Assembly (NCBI GenBank): GCA_025058225.1
Contig: JANXEE010000002.1
Span: 1-16,821, forward strand
Source: Candidatus Calditenuaceae archaeon
Lineage (GTDB): Archaea > Thermoproteota > Nitrososphaeria_A > Caldarchaeales > Calditenuaceae
DNA: 16,821 bases
Direction: 5' to 3'
Numbering within the stretch: the stretch's first letter is position 1; each line of letters starts with the position of its first letter. The notes beneath the pieces are model-generated. The model did no database searches and was not told where the DNA came from. It was given only the letters and a program-made list of their open reading frames with translations. This document shows, piece after piece, positions 7,968 through 15,381 of the stretch. The translations under genes and the position numbers were made by a program.

Positions 7968-8804
7968 TCAGGAGAGCTGGGTACCGCAGATTGGGCACTT
8001 GCCTCCTATGTCCCTCCAGGTCTCGATGCACTCCCTGTGCATCGGGGCACCGCATCCCGCGCAGTTCCTCATCGAACCCGGTTGTATTATGTCGCCACAT
8101 ATGGAGCACTCGGTCCTCGAGCTGGGCGTCTGGGTCTGGGGGATCTGGGGGGGCTGAGGGATCCTCTGTGTGACTTCTGGAGGTGCCAGTCTCACAGCGG
8201 TCGTGGATTGTTCCTCTGACTCCTCCTTCAGGAGCTCGTCGAACATCTCCTCTTCAGTAGTGGGTACCGGTGAAGAGATGGCTGCTCCCTGTAATGCCTC
8301 CACCTCCATCGGTTGATACGGCTGATAGGATGAGGGCTGAGACTCCGGACGAAGTGCGACCAACCCTATCATGGTGGATATTGCACCACCTCCGGCCATA
8401 GCGACGCCGGTGAAGAGCGCGGCTATCGCACCGACTTCGGTCCTGAACTCGACCTGTAGTGAGGGGAGCAGGTAGAGGACGGAGTACAGCGGAGAGAGGA
8501 TCGCCAGTGCGGCCCCACCCAGCGCGAAGGCCGGGACCGCGAACCTGAGTATTCTTATGCTGGTTGAGACCGATGCAAGCACGCCTGAGGCGCCGGCGAG
8601 CCCGGCCGCGATCAAGGAGAACATGAAACTGGAGGGGAGATCATAACCCTGGACGCCCTCGGCCATCACGTTGTCGTGAAGCAGGGAGACCCAGTCCAGA
8701 AGAAGCGTGAGGACGTGGACCGCACCGAGAACAGATATCAGAGAGCCGACCCTTATCAATCTGACTAATGCGTCCCTAACATCTGTACCCGTTACGAGCA
8801 TCAC
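7968..8804 (-). CDS. Four-TM membrane protein with a low-complexity linker and a C-terminal RING/PHD-like zinc-binding domain
   Basis: About four hydrophobic segments in the first ~150 aa, then a P/Q/E/T/S-rich linker, then TECSICGDIIQPGSMRNCAGCGAPMHRECIETWRDIGGKCPICGTQLS, which is C-x2-C-x11-C-x2-C-x4-H-x2-C-x10-C-x2-C. Start is GTG 8804 or ATG 8801. Confidence 0.8.
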   Translation of the reverse strand: MMLVTGTDVRDALVRLIRVGSLISVLGAVHVLTLLLDWVSLLHDNVMAEGVQGYDLPSSFMFSLIAAGLAGASGVLASVSTSIRILRFAVPAFALGGAALAILSPLYSVLYLLPSLQVEFRTEVGAIAALFTGVAMAGGGAISTMIGLVALRPESQPSSYQPYQPMEVEALQGAAISSPVPTTEEEMFDELLKEESEEQSTTAVRLAPPEVTQRIPQPPQIPQTQTPSSRTECSICGDIIQPGSMRNCAGCGAPMHRECIETWRDIGGKCPICGTQLS

Positions 8805-8832
8805 TGACCGCCTAGGTCTTGCCGTTCCCCAT

Positions 8833-8842
8833 GTTATATAAG
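8833..8842 (-). promoter_or_regulatory. Candidate archaeal TATA box for the membrane RING-like gene
   Basis: The minus strand reads CCTTATATAACATGGGG about 30-40 nt upstream of the start codon, spacing consistent with TBP/TFB promoters and a very short leader. Confidence 0.55.
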
Positions 8843-8894
8843 GATGTTGATCGACTCACGGACGAAACTCATCCGCGTCGGATCTCCACCGGCG

Positions 8895-9344
8895 TCAGGG
8901 CTGTTCCTTCACCGTCTCGAAGACGAAACACGTCTCGGTCTTGCTGACGTTCTTCAAGGGCCTCAGCCTGTCGATGACGAGCTTACCGACGTCCTCGACC
9001 GAGGAACCTCTGACCTTCAGTATCATGTCCCACTGGCCGCTGACCAAGTGCACCTCATACACTTCGGAGAGTTTGGCGATCTGTGCGGCGAGCTCGCGCT
9101 GAGAGACGTCCATCGTCGGCGCGAAGGAGACCAACACGAAGGCCGTGGTCCCGTTGCCGATCTTCGCGTAGTCCGGTATCACGGTGAAGGACTTGATGTA
9201 GCCCTCCTCGATCAACTTCTTGACCCTCTCTTGGACGGTGGTCCTCGGCAGGTTGAGCTCGCTGGCCAGGTCCGTGAAGGTCTTCCTCGCGTCCCTTCTC
9301 AGCGCCTCCAGGATCCTGAGGTCCCTCTCGTCCGGCGACGTCAC
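8895..9344 (-). CDS. Lrp/AsnC-family transcriptional regulator
   Basis: DERDLRILEALRRDARKTFTDLASELNLPRTTVQERVKKLIEEGYIKSFTVIPDYAKIG (winged HTH) plus a C-terminal RAM/AsnC-type domain. Confidence 0.92.
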   Translation of the reverse strand: MTSPDERDLRILEALRRDARKTFTDLASELNLPRTTVQERVKKLIEEGYIKSFTVIPDYAKIGNGTTAFVLVSFAPTMDVSQRELAAQIAKLSEVYEVHLVSGQWDMILKVRGSSVEDVGKLVIDRLRPLKNVSKTETCFVFETVKEQP

Positions 9345-9398
9345 AAAATTCTGTCCACCTACCCGTTATTTAGGGAGGGTAGATAGCCAATCAACTAA

Positions 9399-9408
9399 CT
9401 ATAAATTA
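9399..9408 (+). promoter_or_regulatory. Candidate TATA box for the HMG-CoA synthase transcript
   Basis: AACTATAAATTAGG in the divergent intergenic region, about 40 nt upstream of the TTG start at 9447. Confidence 0.45.
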
Positions 9409-9446
9409 GGCAAGTTTTTATTCCGAGCGGAAATTAATCTGAAGAG

Positions 9447-10496
9447 TTGGCGAGGATAAGGAACGTAGCGATCCTAGGGTACGGAGGATATGTCCCGAGG
9501 CTGAGGATCAAGGCGACCGAGATAGCGAGGATATGGGGGAGGGAGGAGGACGCGCTGCCGGTCAGGGAGAAGTCGGTCAACGAGCTCGACGAGGACGCCA
9601 TAACGATGGCCGTGGAGGCGGCCAAGTACGCTATGAGGAGGGCCGGCATAGATCCCTCAGAGATAGGCGCGGTCAACGTGGGCTCCGAGTCGCATCCCTA
9701 CGCGGTCAAGCCGTCGGGAACCGTGGTCGCCGAGGCGCTGGGCATACCGCCGAACTTCCTCGCGGCGGACTTGGAGTTCGCGTGCAAGGCCGGGACTGAG
9801 TCCCTCCAGATGATCTCCGGACTGGTCTCGGCGGGCATCATAAAGGCAGGTCTGGCGATCGGGGCCGACACGGCTCAGGGGAGGCCGGGGGACGCGCTTG
9901 AGTTCACAGCTGCGGCCGGTGCGGCGGCCCTAGTCGTCGGTAGGCCCGGAAACGGTGAGGTCGCGTCCATCGAGTACGCCCGGAGCTACGTGACCGACAC
10001 ACCGGACTTCTGGAGGAGGGCCCACGAGCGTTATCCCTCGCATACGTTCAGGTTCACAGGTGAACCGGCCTACTTCCATCACACGCTCTCAGCGGTTAAG
10101 GGGTTGTTGGAGGAGGCGGGGCTGAAGGTCGCGGACGTGGACTACTTCATCTTCCATCAGCCCAACTACAAGTTTCCGCTCGCGGCCGCGAAGGTCCTCC
10201 AGATTCCTAAGGAGAAGGTGGAGCAGGGAGTCGTGACCCACCTCATCGGCAACACTTACGCCGCGAGCTCTCTGATGGGGTTGGTGAGGGTGCTGGACGT
10301 GGCGAGGCCTGGCCAGCTGATCGTCCTCACGTCCTTCGGCTCCGGTGCTGGAAGCGACTCCTTCCTCATCGAGACCAAGGAGGGGTTGCCTGAAAAGAGG
10401 GCCAAAGCTCCGTTGCTGGACGCGTTGATCAGCAGGGCGAAGTACGTCGATTATGCGACCTATCTTAGGCACAGGGACAAGATACGCGGTGCCTGA
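9447..10496 (+). CDS. Hydroxymethylglutaryl-CoA synthase (archaeal type, mevalonate pathway)
   Basis: VAILGYGGYVPRLRIKATEIARIWG, DLEFACKAGTESLQMISGLV (catalytic Cys region), DYFIFHQPNYKFPLAAAKVL, HLIGNTYAASSLMGLVRVLD. TTG start. Confidence 0.94.
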   Translation: MARIRNVAILGYGGYVPRLRIKATEIARIWGREEDALPVREKSVNELDEDAITMAVEAAKYAMRRAGIDPSEIGAVNVGSESHPYAVKPSGTVVAEALGIPPNFLAADLEFACKAGTESLQMISGLVSAGIIKAGLAIGADTAQGRPGDALEFTAAAGAAALVVGRPGNGEVASIEYARSYVTDTPDFWRRAHERYPSHTFRFTGEPAYFHHTLSAVKGLLEEAGLKVADVDYFIFHQPNYKFPLAAAKVLQIPKEKVEQGVVTHLIGNTYAASSLMGLVRVLDVARPGQLIVLTSFGSGAGSDSFLIETKEGLPEKRAKAPLLDALISRAKYVDYATYLRHRDKIRGA

Positions 10497-10499
10497 GTC

Positions 10500-11666
10500 A
10501 TGAGGAGCGTTCACGTGGTGGGCGTCGGCTACACCAGGGTCGGGGAGCACTGGGGTGACTCCTTGACCGAGCTCATGGCAGAGGCCTCGCTCGCTGCGAT
10601 TGAGGACGCGGGCGTCGAGAGGGTCGATGGCATTTACGTCGCGAGCACCTTCTGCGAGGTGACCAACAACCAAGCTGGCATATCGGCCTTGGTCGCCGAG
10701 GCGCTGGGCCTGAGGAGCGTGTACGGCGTTAGGGTCGAGGGCGGTGAGTCATCGGGATTGATGGCCCTGATGGAGGCGTACGCTGCGGTCGCGTCGGGTC
10801 TGGTCGACTTCGCGCTGGTCGTCGGCGGCGAGAAGCTCTCCGACCTTCTGCCTGATGAGTTCAACTCCGTCCACAGCATGACCCTACCGTACGACTCGAT
10901 GGGTTACGCAGGTGTCACACCGGCGTCCATCGCGGCCCTCCTCTACAAAACGTATCTCGAGAGGTATGAGGTGCCTCAGGAGTTCGTTGCGCAGTTCCCG
11001 GTGCTCATGCACAACAACGCCGAAGGCGTCAGCCATGCGCAGTTCCCGTTCAAGGTGAAGCTGGAGGACGTGCTCGGTTCTCCTGAGGTAGCGCCCCCTC
11101 TGAGGAGGCTGGAGTGCTCCGCGCCCTGTGACGGTGCAGCTGCAGTAGTCCTCGCGTCCGATGACTCGCAAACTAGGCGTTTGTCCGGTCAAGCGGTGAG
11201 GATCGGAGGGATAAGCATAAGGACGGACTACGTATCACCGTTTGATAGGGAAGACCCGCTCTTCATGACTTCTGTCGCTCTCTCGGTCGATGAGGCGCTT
11301 CTCCGCAGCGGCATCTCCAGAAGCGAGCTCAACGTGCTCGAGGTCCATGACTCTTTCTCTATACTCGCCCCTCTGATACTCGAGAGCGGGGGCTTTTCGT
11401 CACGCTCGGAGAGCGGCCCGGACGTGAAGTCCGGGAAGTACTCCCTGGGGGGCGAGTTACCGATCAACACCTTCGGAGGCCTCAAGGCCAGAGGTCACCC
11501 GATTGGGGCGACGGCGCTCTATCAGGTAGCGGAGGTCTACCTTCAGCTCACGGGTAGAGCTGGCAAGAAGCAGGTCGATCGGACGAAGGCAGGTGCAATA
11601 ATTTCCGTGTCGGGCTTCGGGACCATCGCCGGGACGGCCGTAATGCTCTCGGGTGAGATGGGTTGA
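10500..11666 (+). CDS. Thiolase-family protein (acetoacetyl-CoA thiolase partner of HMG-CoA synthase)
   Basis: VHVVGVGYTRVGEHWGDSLTELMAEASLAAIEDAG, VRVEGGESSGLMALMEAYAAVASG, EVHDSFSILAPLILE, NTFGGLKARGHPIGATALYQVAEVYLQLTG. Confidence 0.93.
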   Translation: MRSVHVVGVGYTRVGEHWGDSLTELMAEASLAAIEDAGVERVDGIYVASTFCEVTNNQAGISALVAEALGLRSVYGVRVEGGESSGLMALMEAYAAVASGLVDFALVVGGEKLSDLLPDEFNSVHSMTLPYDSMGYAGVTPASIAALLYKTYLERYEVPQEFVAQFPVLMHNNAEGVSHAQFPFKVKLEDVLGSPEVAPPLRRLECSAPCDGAAAVVLASDDSQTRRLSGQAVRIGGISIRTDYVSPFDREDPLFMTSVALSVDEALLRSGISRSELNVLEVHDSFSILAPLILESGGFSSRSESGPDVKSGKYSLGGELPINTFGGLKARGHPIGATALYQVAEVYLQLTGRAGKKQVDRTKAGAIISVSGFGTIAGTAVMLSGEMG

Positions 11667-12070
11667 GGTTCAACTTCAGGCCTCAGAACCACTGGAGGTT
11701 CAAGAGGTTCAGGTACAGGACAGAGGTGCTCAGATGTGCGAACTGTGGCACCGTTAACGTGACGACTCGACCCGTCTGCAGGCGCTGTAGATCGAGGAAC
11801 CTCCAGAGGGAGGAGCTCCCGGAGAGGGGCAGGCTGGTGGCCTTTACCACCGTGAAGTCTCCCACAGAGGAGCACAAGGAGCTGGCGCCGTATATCGTGG
11901 GACTCGTCGAGTTCGAGGACGGCACGCGTATCGTGACGCAGATAACCGACGCTGACCCCGAGGATCTCAAGACAGGTATGATCGTCGAGCGCGTCCTGAG
12001 GAAAATCACTCACGACGGCGACGCCGGCATCATCATCTACGGCTTCAAGTTCAGGCCGCCGATAACCTAG
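11663..12070 (+). CDS. DUF35 zinc-ribbon / OB-fold protein (acyl-CoA-binding scaffold associated with thiolase/HMGCS)
   Basis: RCANCGTVNVTTRPVCRRCRSRNLQREELPERGRLVAFTTV...PYIVGLVEFEDGTRIVTQI. TTG start overlaps the thiolase stop. Confidence 0.9.
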   Translation: MRFNFRPQNHWRFKRFRYRTEVLRCANCGTVNVTTRPVCRRCRSRNLQREELPERGRLVAFTTVKSPTEEHKELAPYIVGLVEFEDGTRIVTQITDADPEDLKTGMIVERVLRKITHDGDAGIIIYGFKFRPPIT

Positions 12071-12229
12071 TCGGTCAAGTCTGTGGAGGACCGTTCAAGG
12101 GACTACGTTCTGTTCTTCTGGGATCCTGTGAAGGACGAGGATAGGCGCCGGAATTCGGTGAAACGTGTCAGACGGGGCCCTCGGACAGCCGTGCAGGGAT
12201 ATTAGTACCGTCCAACGGTTCACTTCGGC

Positions 12230-12802
12230 GTGTTCTGTGGACCGGGGCCCTTTTCGAGGATGATGGAGGAGTTCGTGTTGGAGAGCTCGTTGAGGCGTCT
12301 GGTTCAGGACCCCATGAGGGTACTGAGGGAGCTCGATGCGAGACGAGGAATGGTGATTATGGACATCGGATGCGGTTACGGATTTCTGTCGGTGCCTGCG
12401 GCCAGGTTGGTCGGCCCATCGGGTCTGGTATACTCGATCGACGTTGACGACTTCAAGCTTCAGAGGCTGAAGAAGAGGGCTGAGGCGGAGGGCCTCGTCA
12501 ACCTTAGACCCATCAAATCAGAAGCCTGGAGGATTGAAGGCGTCGATCCCGCAACGGTGGACTTAGCTGTCATGTTCTTCAGCTTGCATCACTTCGAGAG
12601 GGTCCGGGAGTCCCTGGAGGAGGCGAACTCCAAGCTGAGGCGTGGCGGCAGGCTCTACGTCTATGACCCTATACGCTCGAGGTTCGCGGGTCACGGCACC
12701 GACGCAGAGGAGGTGTTGGAGGAGGGTGTTCGGCGGGGGTTCAGGTTGGGTTCTCTGAAAAAGAGCCTCCTCACGTACCGCCTCGAGTTAGTGAAACCCT
12801 GA
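12230..12802 (+). CDS. Class I SAM-dependent methyltransferase
   Basis: VIMDIGCGYGFLSVPAARLVGPSGLVYSIDVDDF, VDLAVMFFSLHHFERV, LRRGGRLYVYDP. The exact start is uncertain. Confidence 0.85.
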   Translation: MFCGPGPFSRMMEEFVLESSLRRLVQDPMRVLRELDARRGMVIMDIGCGYGFLSVPAARLVGPSGLVYSIDVDDFKLQRLKKRAEAEGLVNLRPIKSEAWRIEGVDPATVDLAVMFFSLHHFERVRESLEEANSKLRRGGRLYVYDPIRSRFAGHGTDAEEVLEEGVRRGFRLGSLKKSLLTYRLELVKP

Positions 12803-12903
12803 CGAAGGTGCCGATCGCTCTCCTGACCACCGTTATGGTCGGCGACTCAAACCGGTCATCACGACGGAAGAAGGTTCAAGAAATCCATAGGGAGATGAGA
12901 AAC

Positions 12904-12996
12904 GGGCCCGTGGCCTAGCCTGGACAGGGCGCCGACCGCAAGAGGGGCGCATGCCTCCGGAGCCGGAAGTCGCGGGTTCGAATCCCGCCGGGCCCG
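12904..12996 (+). tRNA. tRNA-Arg(CCG) with an 18-nt intron at non-canonical position 29/30 (intron 12935-12952)
   Basis: Acceptor GGGCCCG/CGGGCCC, D-stem GCCT/GGGC, T-arm GCGGG-TTCGAAT-CCCGC, G73. Removing 12935-12952 gives perfect anticodon arm CCGGC-CTCCGGA-GCCGG with U33 and anticodon CCG. BHB: central helix GCGC(12929-12932)/GCGC(12947-12950), 3-nt bulges CGA(12933-12935) and ATG(12951-12953). Confidence 0.9.
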
Positions 12997-13041
12997 ATAC
13001 GGTATCCGGTATGATTGAACCGGAGGGGAGGAGAGGGGCTG

Positions 13042-14073
13042 CTACCCCGTCAACTCCTTGGCGACGCCGTCTATACACAGCTTCGCCGTCTCGACGAACT
13101 CTTCAGGTCTCGATAACGGTGCGAGTATCAGGTACCTAGCTCCAGCGTTTACGTATTCTTGCAGCAGATCCACGCACTCCCTCGGCGTCCCTATGACCGC
13201 GACGCGCCTGTCGACCAGTTCATCCAGCTTCACGTCTAACTTTTGAGCCTCGAAAAGGATCCTCTCACCCATTTCCCTGTTCAAGGGGACGTGCTTCCAG
13301 ACGTTTAACTCTGGTACCGTGGTGGTCAGGTACAAGGCCTTAACAGGAAGGAGGAACTTCCGTTCGAGAGCCGCGCGTTCAACGGCAACGCCGACGTACG
13401 CGAAGAGGGCTGGAACGATCTCTTCGGGGTTCCTGCCTGCATCTGAAGCGACCTGACGAACGAATTGCAGCTTCCGTGCGTAATCCTTAGGTTCACCGGC
13501 TATCGGGATCCAGCCGTCCCCAAGCTCTCCGACGAGCCTCAAGGACCTGGGCGAGTTCGCGCCGATCCATATGGGCGGATGAGGCCTCTGGACCGGTTTA
13601 AGGTCCAAAATCGCCTTGGAGAGCCGCACGAACCTGCCCTCGAAGTCCACCTGATCTAGGGTCCACAGCAACTTGATCGCCTGAACGGCCTCCCTCATCC
13701 TCGAGACCGGGTGATCCCATTCGACACCGAAGGGTGTCAGGTTCATCGCCTCGCCAGCGCCGATCCCCAGAACGGTCCTCCCGTGTGAGAGGAGGTCCAC
13801 AGTAGCTACGATCTGCGCCAAGGTCTCAGGATGCCTCCTGTGGGGGTCCGAGACCGAGCTGCCGAGCCTAACCCTTCGCGTTTTGACTGCCAGCGCCGCG
13901 AGTGTGGTCCACGCGTCCACGGCCGCGAACCTCTTGATCCCGAAGGCCACTACGTGGTCTGCTAACCATAAGCCGTCCAATCCGGATTCTTCACAGAGTT
14001 CTGCGGCCCTGAAGGTCAGTTCGGGTGGATACAGGTTCGGAGCTAAACCGACCTTCACCGTGCCGTCTCTCAA
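13042..14073 (-). CDS. LLM-class flavin/F420-dependent oxidoreductase (Mer-like, 5,10-methylenetetrahydromethanopterin reductase superfamily)
   Basis: GLDGLWLADHVVAF, RVRLGSSVSDPHRRHPETLAQIVATVDLLSHGRTVLGIGAGEAMNLTPFGVEW, RPHPPIWIGANSPRSLRLVGELGDGWIP. TTG start. Confidence 0.88.
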   Translation of the reverse strand: MRDGTVKVGLAPNLYPPELTFRAAELCEESGLDGLWLADHVVAFGIKRFAAVDAWTTLAALAVKTRRVRLGSSVSDPHRRHPETLAQIVATVDLLSHGRTVLGIGAGEAMNLTPFGVEWDHPVSRMREAVQAIKLLWTLDQVDFEGRFVRLSKAILDLKPVQRPHPPIWIGANSPRSLRLVGELGDGWIPIAGEPKDYARKLQFVRQVASDAGRNPEEIVPALFAYVGVAVERAALERKFLLPVKALYLTTTVPELNVWKHVPLNREMGERILFEAQKLDVKLDELVDRRVAVIGTPRECVDLLQEYVNAGARYLILAPLSRPEEFVETAKLCIDGVAKELTG

Positions 14074-14212
14074 CGCACCCCCATATGGACGTCGATTGAA
14101 CTAAAAGCCTTTCACGACCAAATGCCGACCTGGCCCGCGCCCCTAACCTCGTGACAACAGAGCGGTGGGTGCGTGTTCGGGGCTGGTGCTCACCGGCCTT
14201 CTGCAACGGCTG

Positions 14213-14524
14213 TCAGATGACCTCGATCCTATCGATGGGTATGCCGTAGACCTCCGAGAGTATCCTCGGTACCTTGTCCCTCTGGTCGCCCTGAAGGATG
14301 ATGACGCCGTTCTTGACTGCCCCTCCGCAGGCGCACCTCGTCTTCAGCTCGGAGACCATCTCGTCCAAGTCCACGTCAGCCCCCTCGAACCCCTCGACGA
14401 CGGTCACCTGCTTGTTCCACTTCTTCGTCTCCAGCCTGATCTTGATCTTCTGCATCTCATACGTGATCGTTTGACAGACGCAGAGGCTCCTCGGAAGCCC
14501 ACAGGTTGGGCACGAATCCACCAT
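14213..14524 (-). CDS. Translation initiation factor aIF1 / SUI1-family protein
   Basis: CPTCGLPRSLCVCQTI..QKIKIRLETKKWNKQVTVVEGF...LKTRCACGGAVKNGVIILQGDQRDKVPRIL. The promoter-like CTTTTAAG at 14552-14559 favours ATG 14524 over the ORF-track start at 14545. Confidence 0.93.
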   Translation of the reverse strand: MVDSCPTCGLPRSLCVCQTITYEMQKIKIRLETKKWNKQVTVVEGFEGADVDLDEMVSELKTRCACGGAVKNGVIILQGDQRDKVPRILSEVYGIPIDRIEVI

Positions 14525-14551
14525 TACTTCACACTCTCCTCTCATTACCTA

Positions 14552-14559
14552 CTTAAAAG
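14552..14559. promoter_or_regulatory. Candidate TATA-like element in the aIF1 / GT2 divergent intergenic region
   Basis: CTTAAAAG (plus) / CTTTTAAG (minus), 28-35 nt upstream of aIF1 ATG 14524. Confidence 0.4.
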
Positions 14560-14624
14560 TCTTTAGCGGTCAACGTTTCTTAGGGTCGCTGTTCTGGATC
14601 TCATCGGACGGTGAGCTCGGAGGT

Positions 14625-15377
14625 TTGAAGAGGGCTGAGGTGGCTGTGGTGATACCGACGTACAACGAGGCCGGAAGCATCGAACGCGTGATCAGAAGCG
14701 TGATCGAGGCGGTTGAACGTAGAGGTGTGTCGTGCAGGATAGTGGTCGTCGATGACAACAGTCCCGACGGTACGTCGGAGGTGGTGAAAAGGCTGTCCGA
14801 GGAGATGGGTTGCATCGACCTCCTCGTGAGGCCCGGGAGGATGGGCATAGGGAGCGCGTACGTCCACGGTTTCAGGTACGCCCTCGAGCAGGTGGAGGGG
14901 CTCAGAGCTGTCGTTGAGATGGACGCCGACGGTAGCCACGACCCCTCTCAGCTCCCGCTGTTGATCGAACCCGTGCTCTCAGGAGAGGCTGACGTCGCGG
15001 TCGGCTCGAGGTACGTCGCTGGTGGTTCATGGGAGGGAAATCAGGCCTTCAGGGAGTTCATCAGCAGGGGCGCCAACCTGTTGACGCGGATCTGCACCGG
15101 CCTGCGGGTCAAGGACTCAACCAGCGGCTTCAGGACCGTCTCGTCGGACCTCCTGCGGACGTGCATCGCTACCCTCAGAGGGTCGAACAAGGGCTACGTC
15201 TTCCAAGTGGAGAGCCTGGCGACCTACGTTGGGTTCGGTGCGAGGGTCGTCGAGGTGCCCATTTCCTTCAGGCCTAGGGCTTCTGGGAAGAGCAAGCTGA
15301 GGGTCCGAGACGTCGTCGGCTTCGCGATCTGGAACCTCAAGTTCCTGCTCGGGAGGACGCTGAGGCGGTCGAGGTGA
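14625..15377 (+). CDS. Dolichyl-phosphate-mannose synthase-like family 2 glycosyltransferase
   Basis: VAVVIPTYNEAGSIERVI, RIVVVDDNSPDGTSEVV, LVRPGRMGIGSAYVHGFRYAL, VVEMDADGSHDPSQLP, VAVGSRYVAGGS, VKDSTSGFR. TTG start. Confidence 0.92.
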   Translation: MKRAEVAVVIPTYNEAGSIERVIRSVIEAVERRGVSCRIVVVDDNSPDGTSEVVKRLSEEMGCIDLLVRPGRMGIGSAYVHGFRYALEQVEGLRAVVEMDADGSHDPSQLPLLIEPVLSGEADVAVGSRYVAGGSWEGNQAFREFISRGANLLTRICTGLRVKDSTSGFRTVSSDLLRTCIATLRGSNKGYVFQVESLATYVGFGARVVEVPISFRPRASGKSKLRVRDVVGFAIWNLKFLLGRTLRRSR

Positions 15378-15381
15378 AAGC

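Noticed and set aside
10089-10673. 194-aa minus-strand ORF
   Set aside because: It lies antisense across the HMG-CoA synthase/thiolase junction. Both plus-strand genes are unambiguous and this frame has no domain signature.
12904-12996. Possibility that this tRNA is a pseudogene with a broken anticodon arm
   Set aside because: All other arms are perfect, and removing an 18-nt BHB-flanked intron restores a perfect arm with U33, so a functional intron-containing gene is the better explanation.
14487-14524. Cysteine-rich N-terminus of aIF1 (CPTCGLPRSLCVC) as an unusual zinc-finger fusion
   Set aside because: This short Cys motif is a normal feature of archaeal aIF1/SUI1 proteins.
14165-14566. 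133-aa plus-strand ORF over the aIF1 gene
   Set aside because: Antisense to well-conserved aIF1 sequence; its His/Leu/Asp-rich translation is typical of reverse-complement coding.
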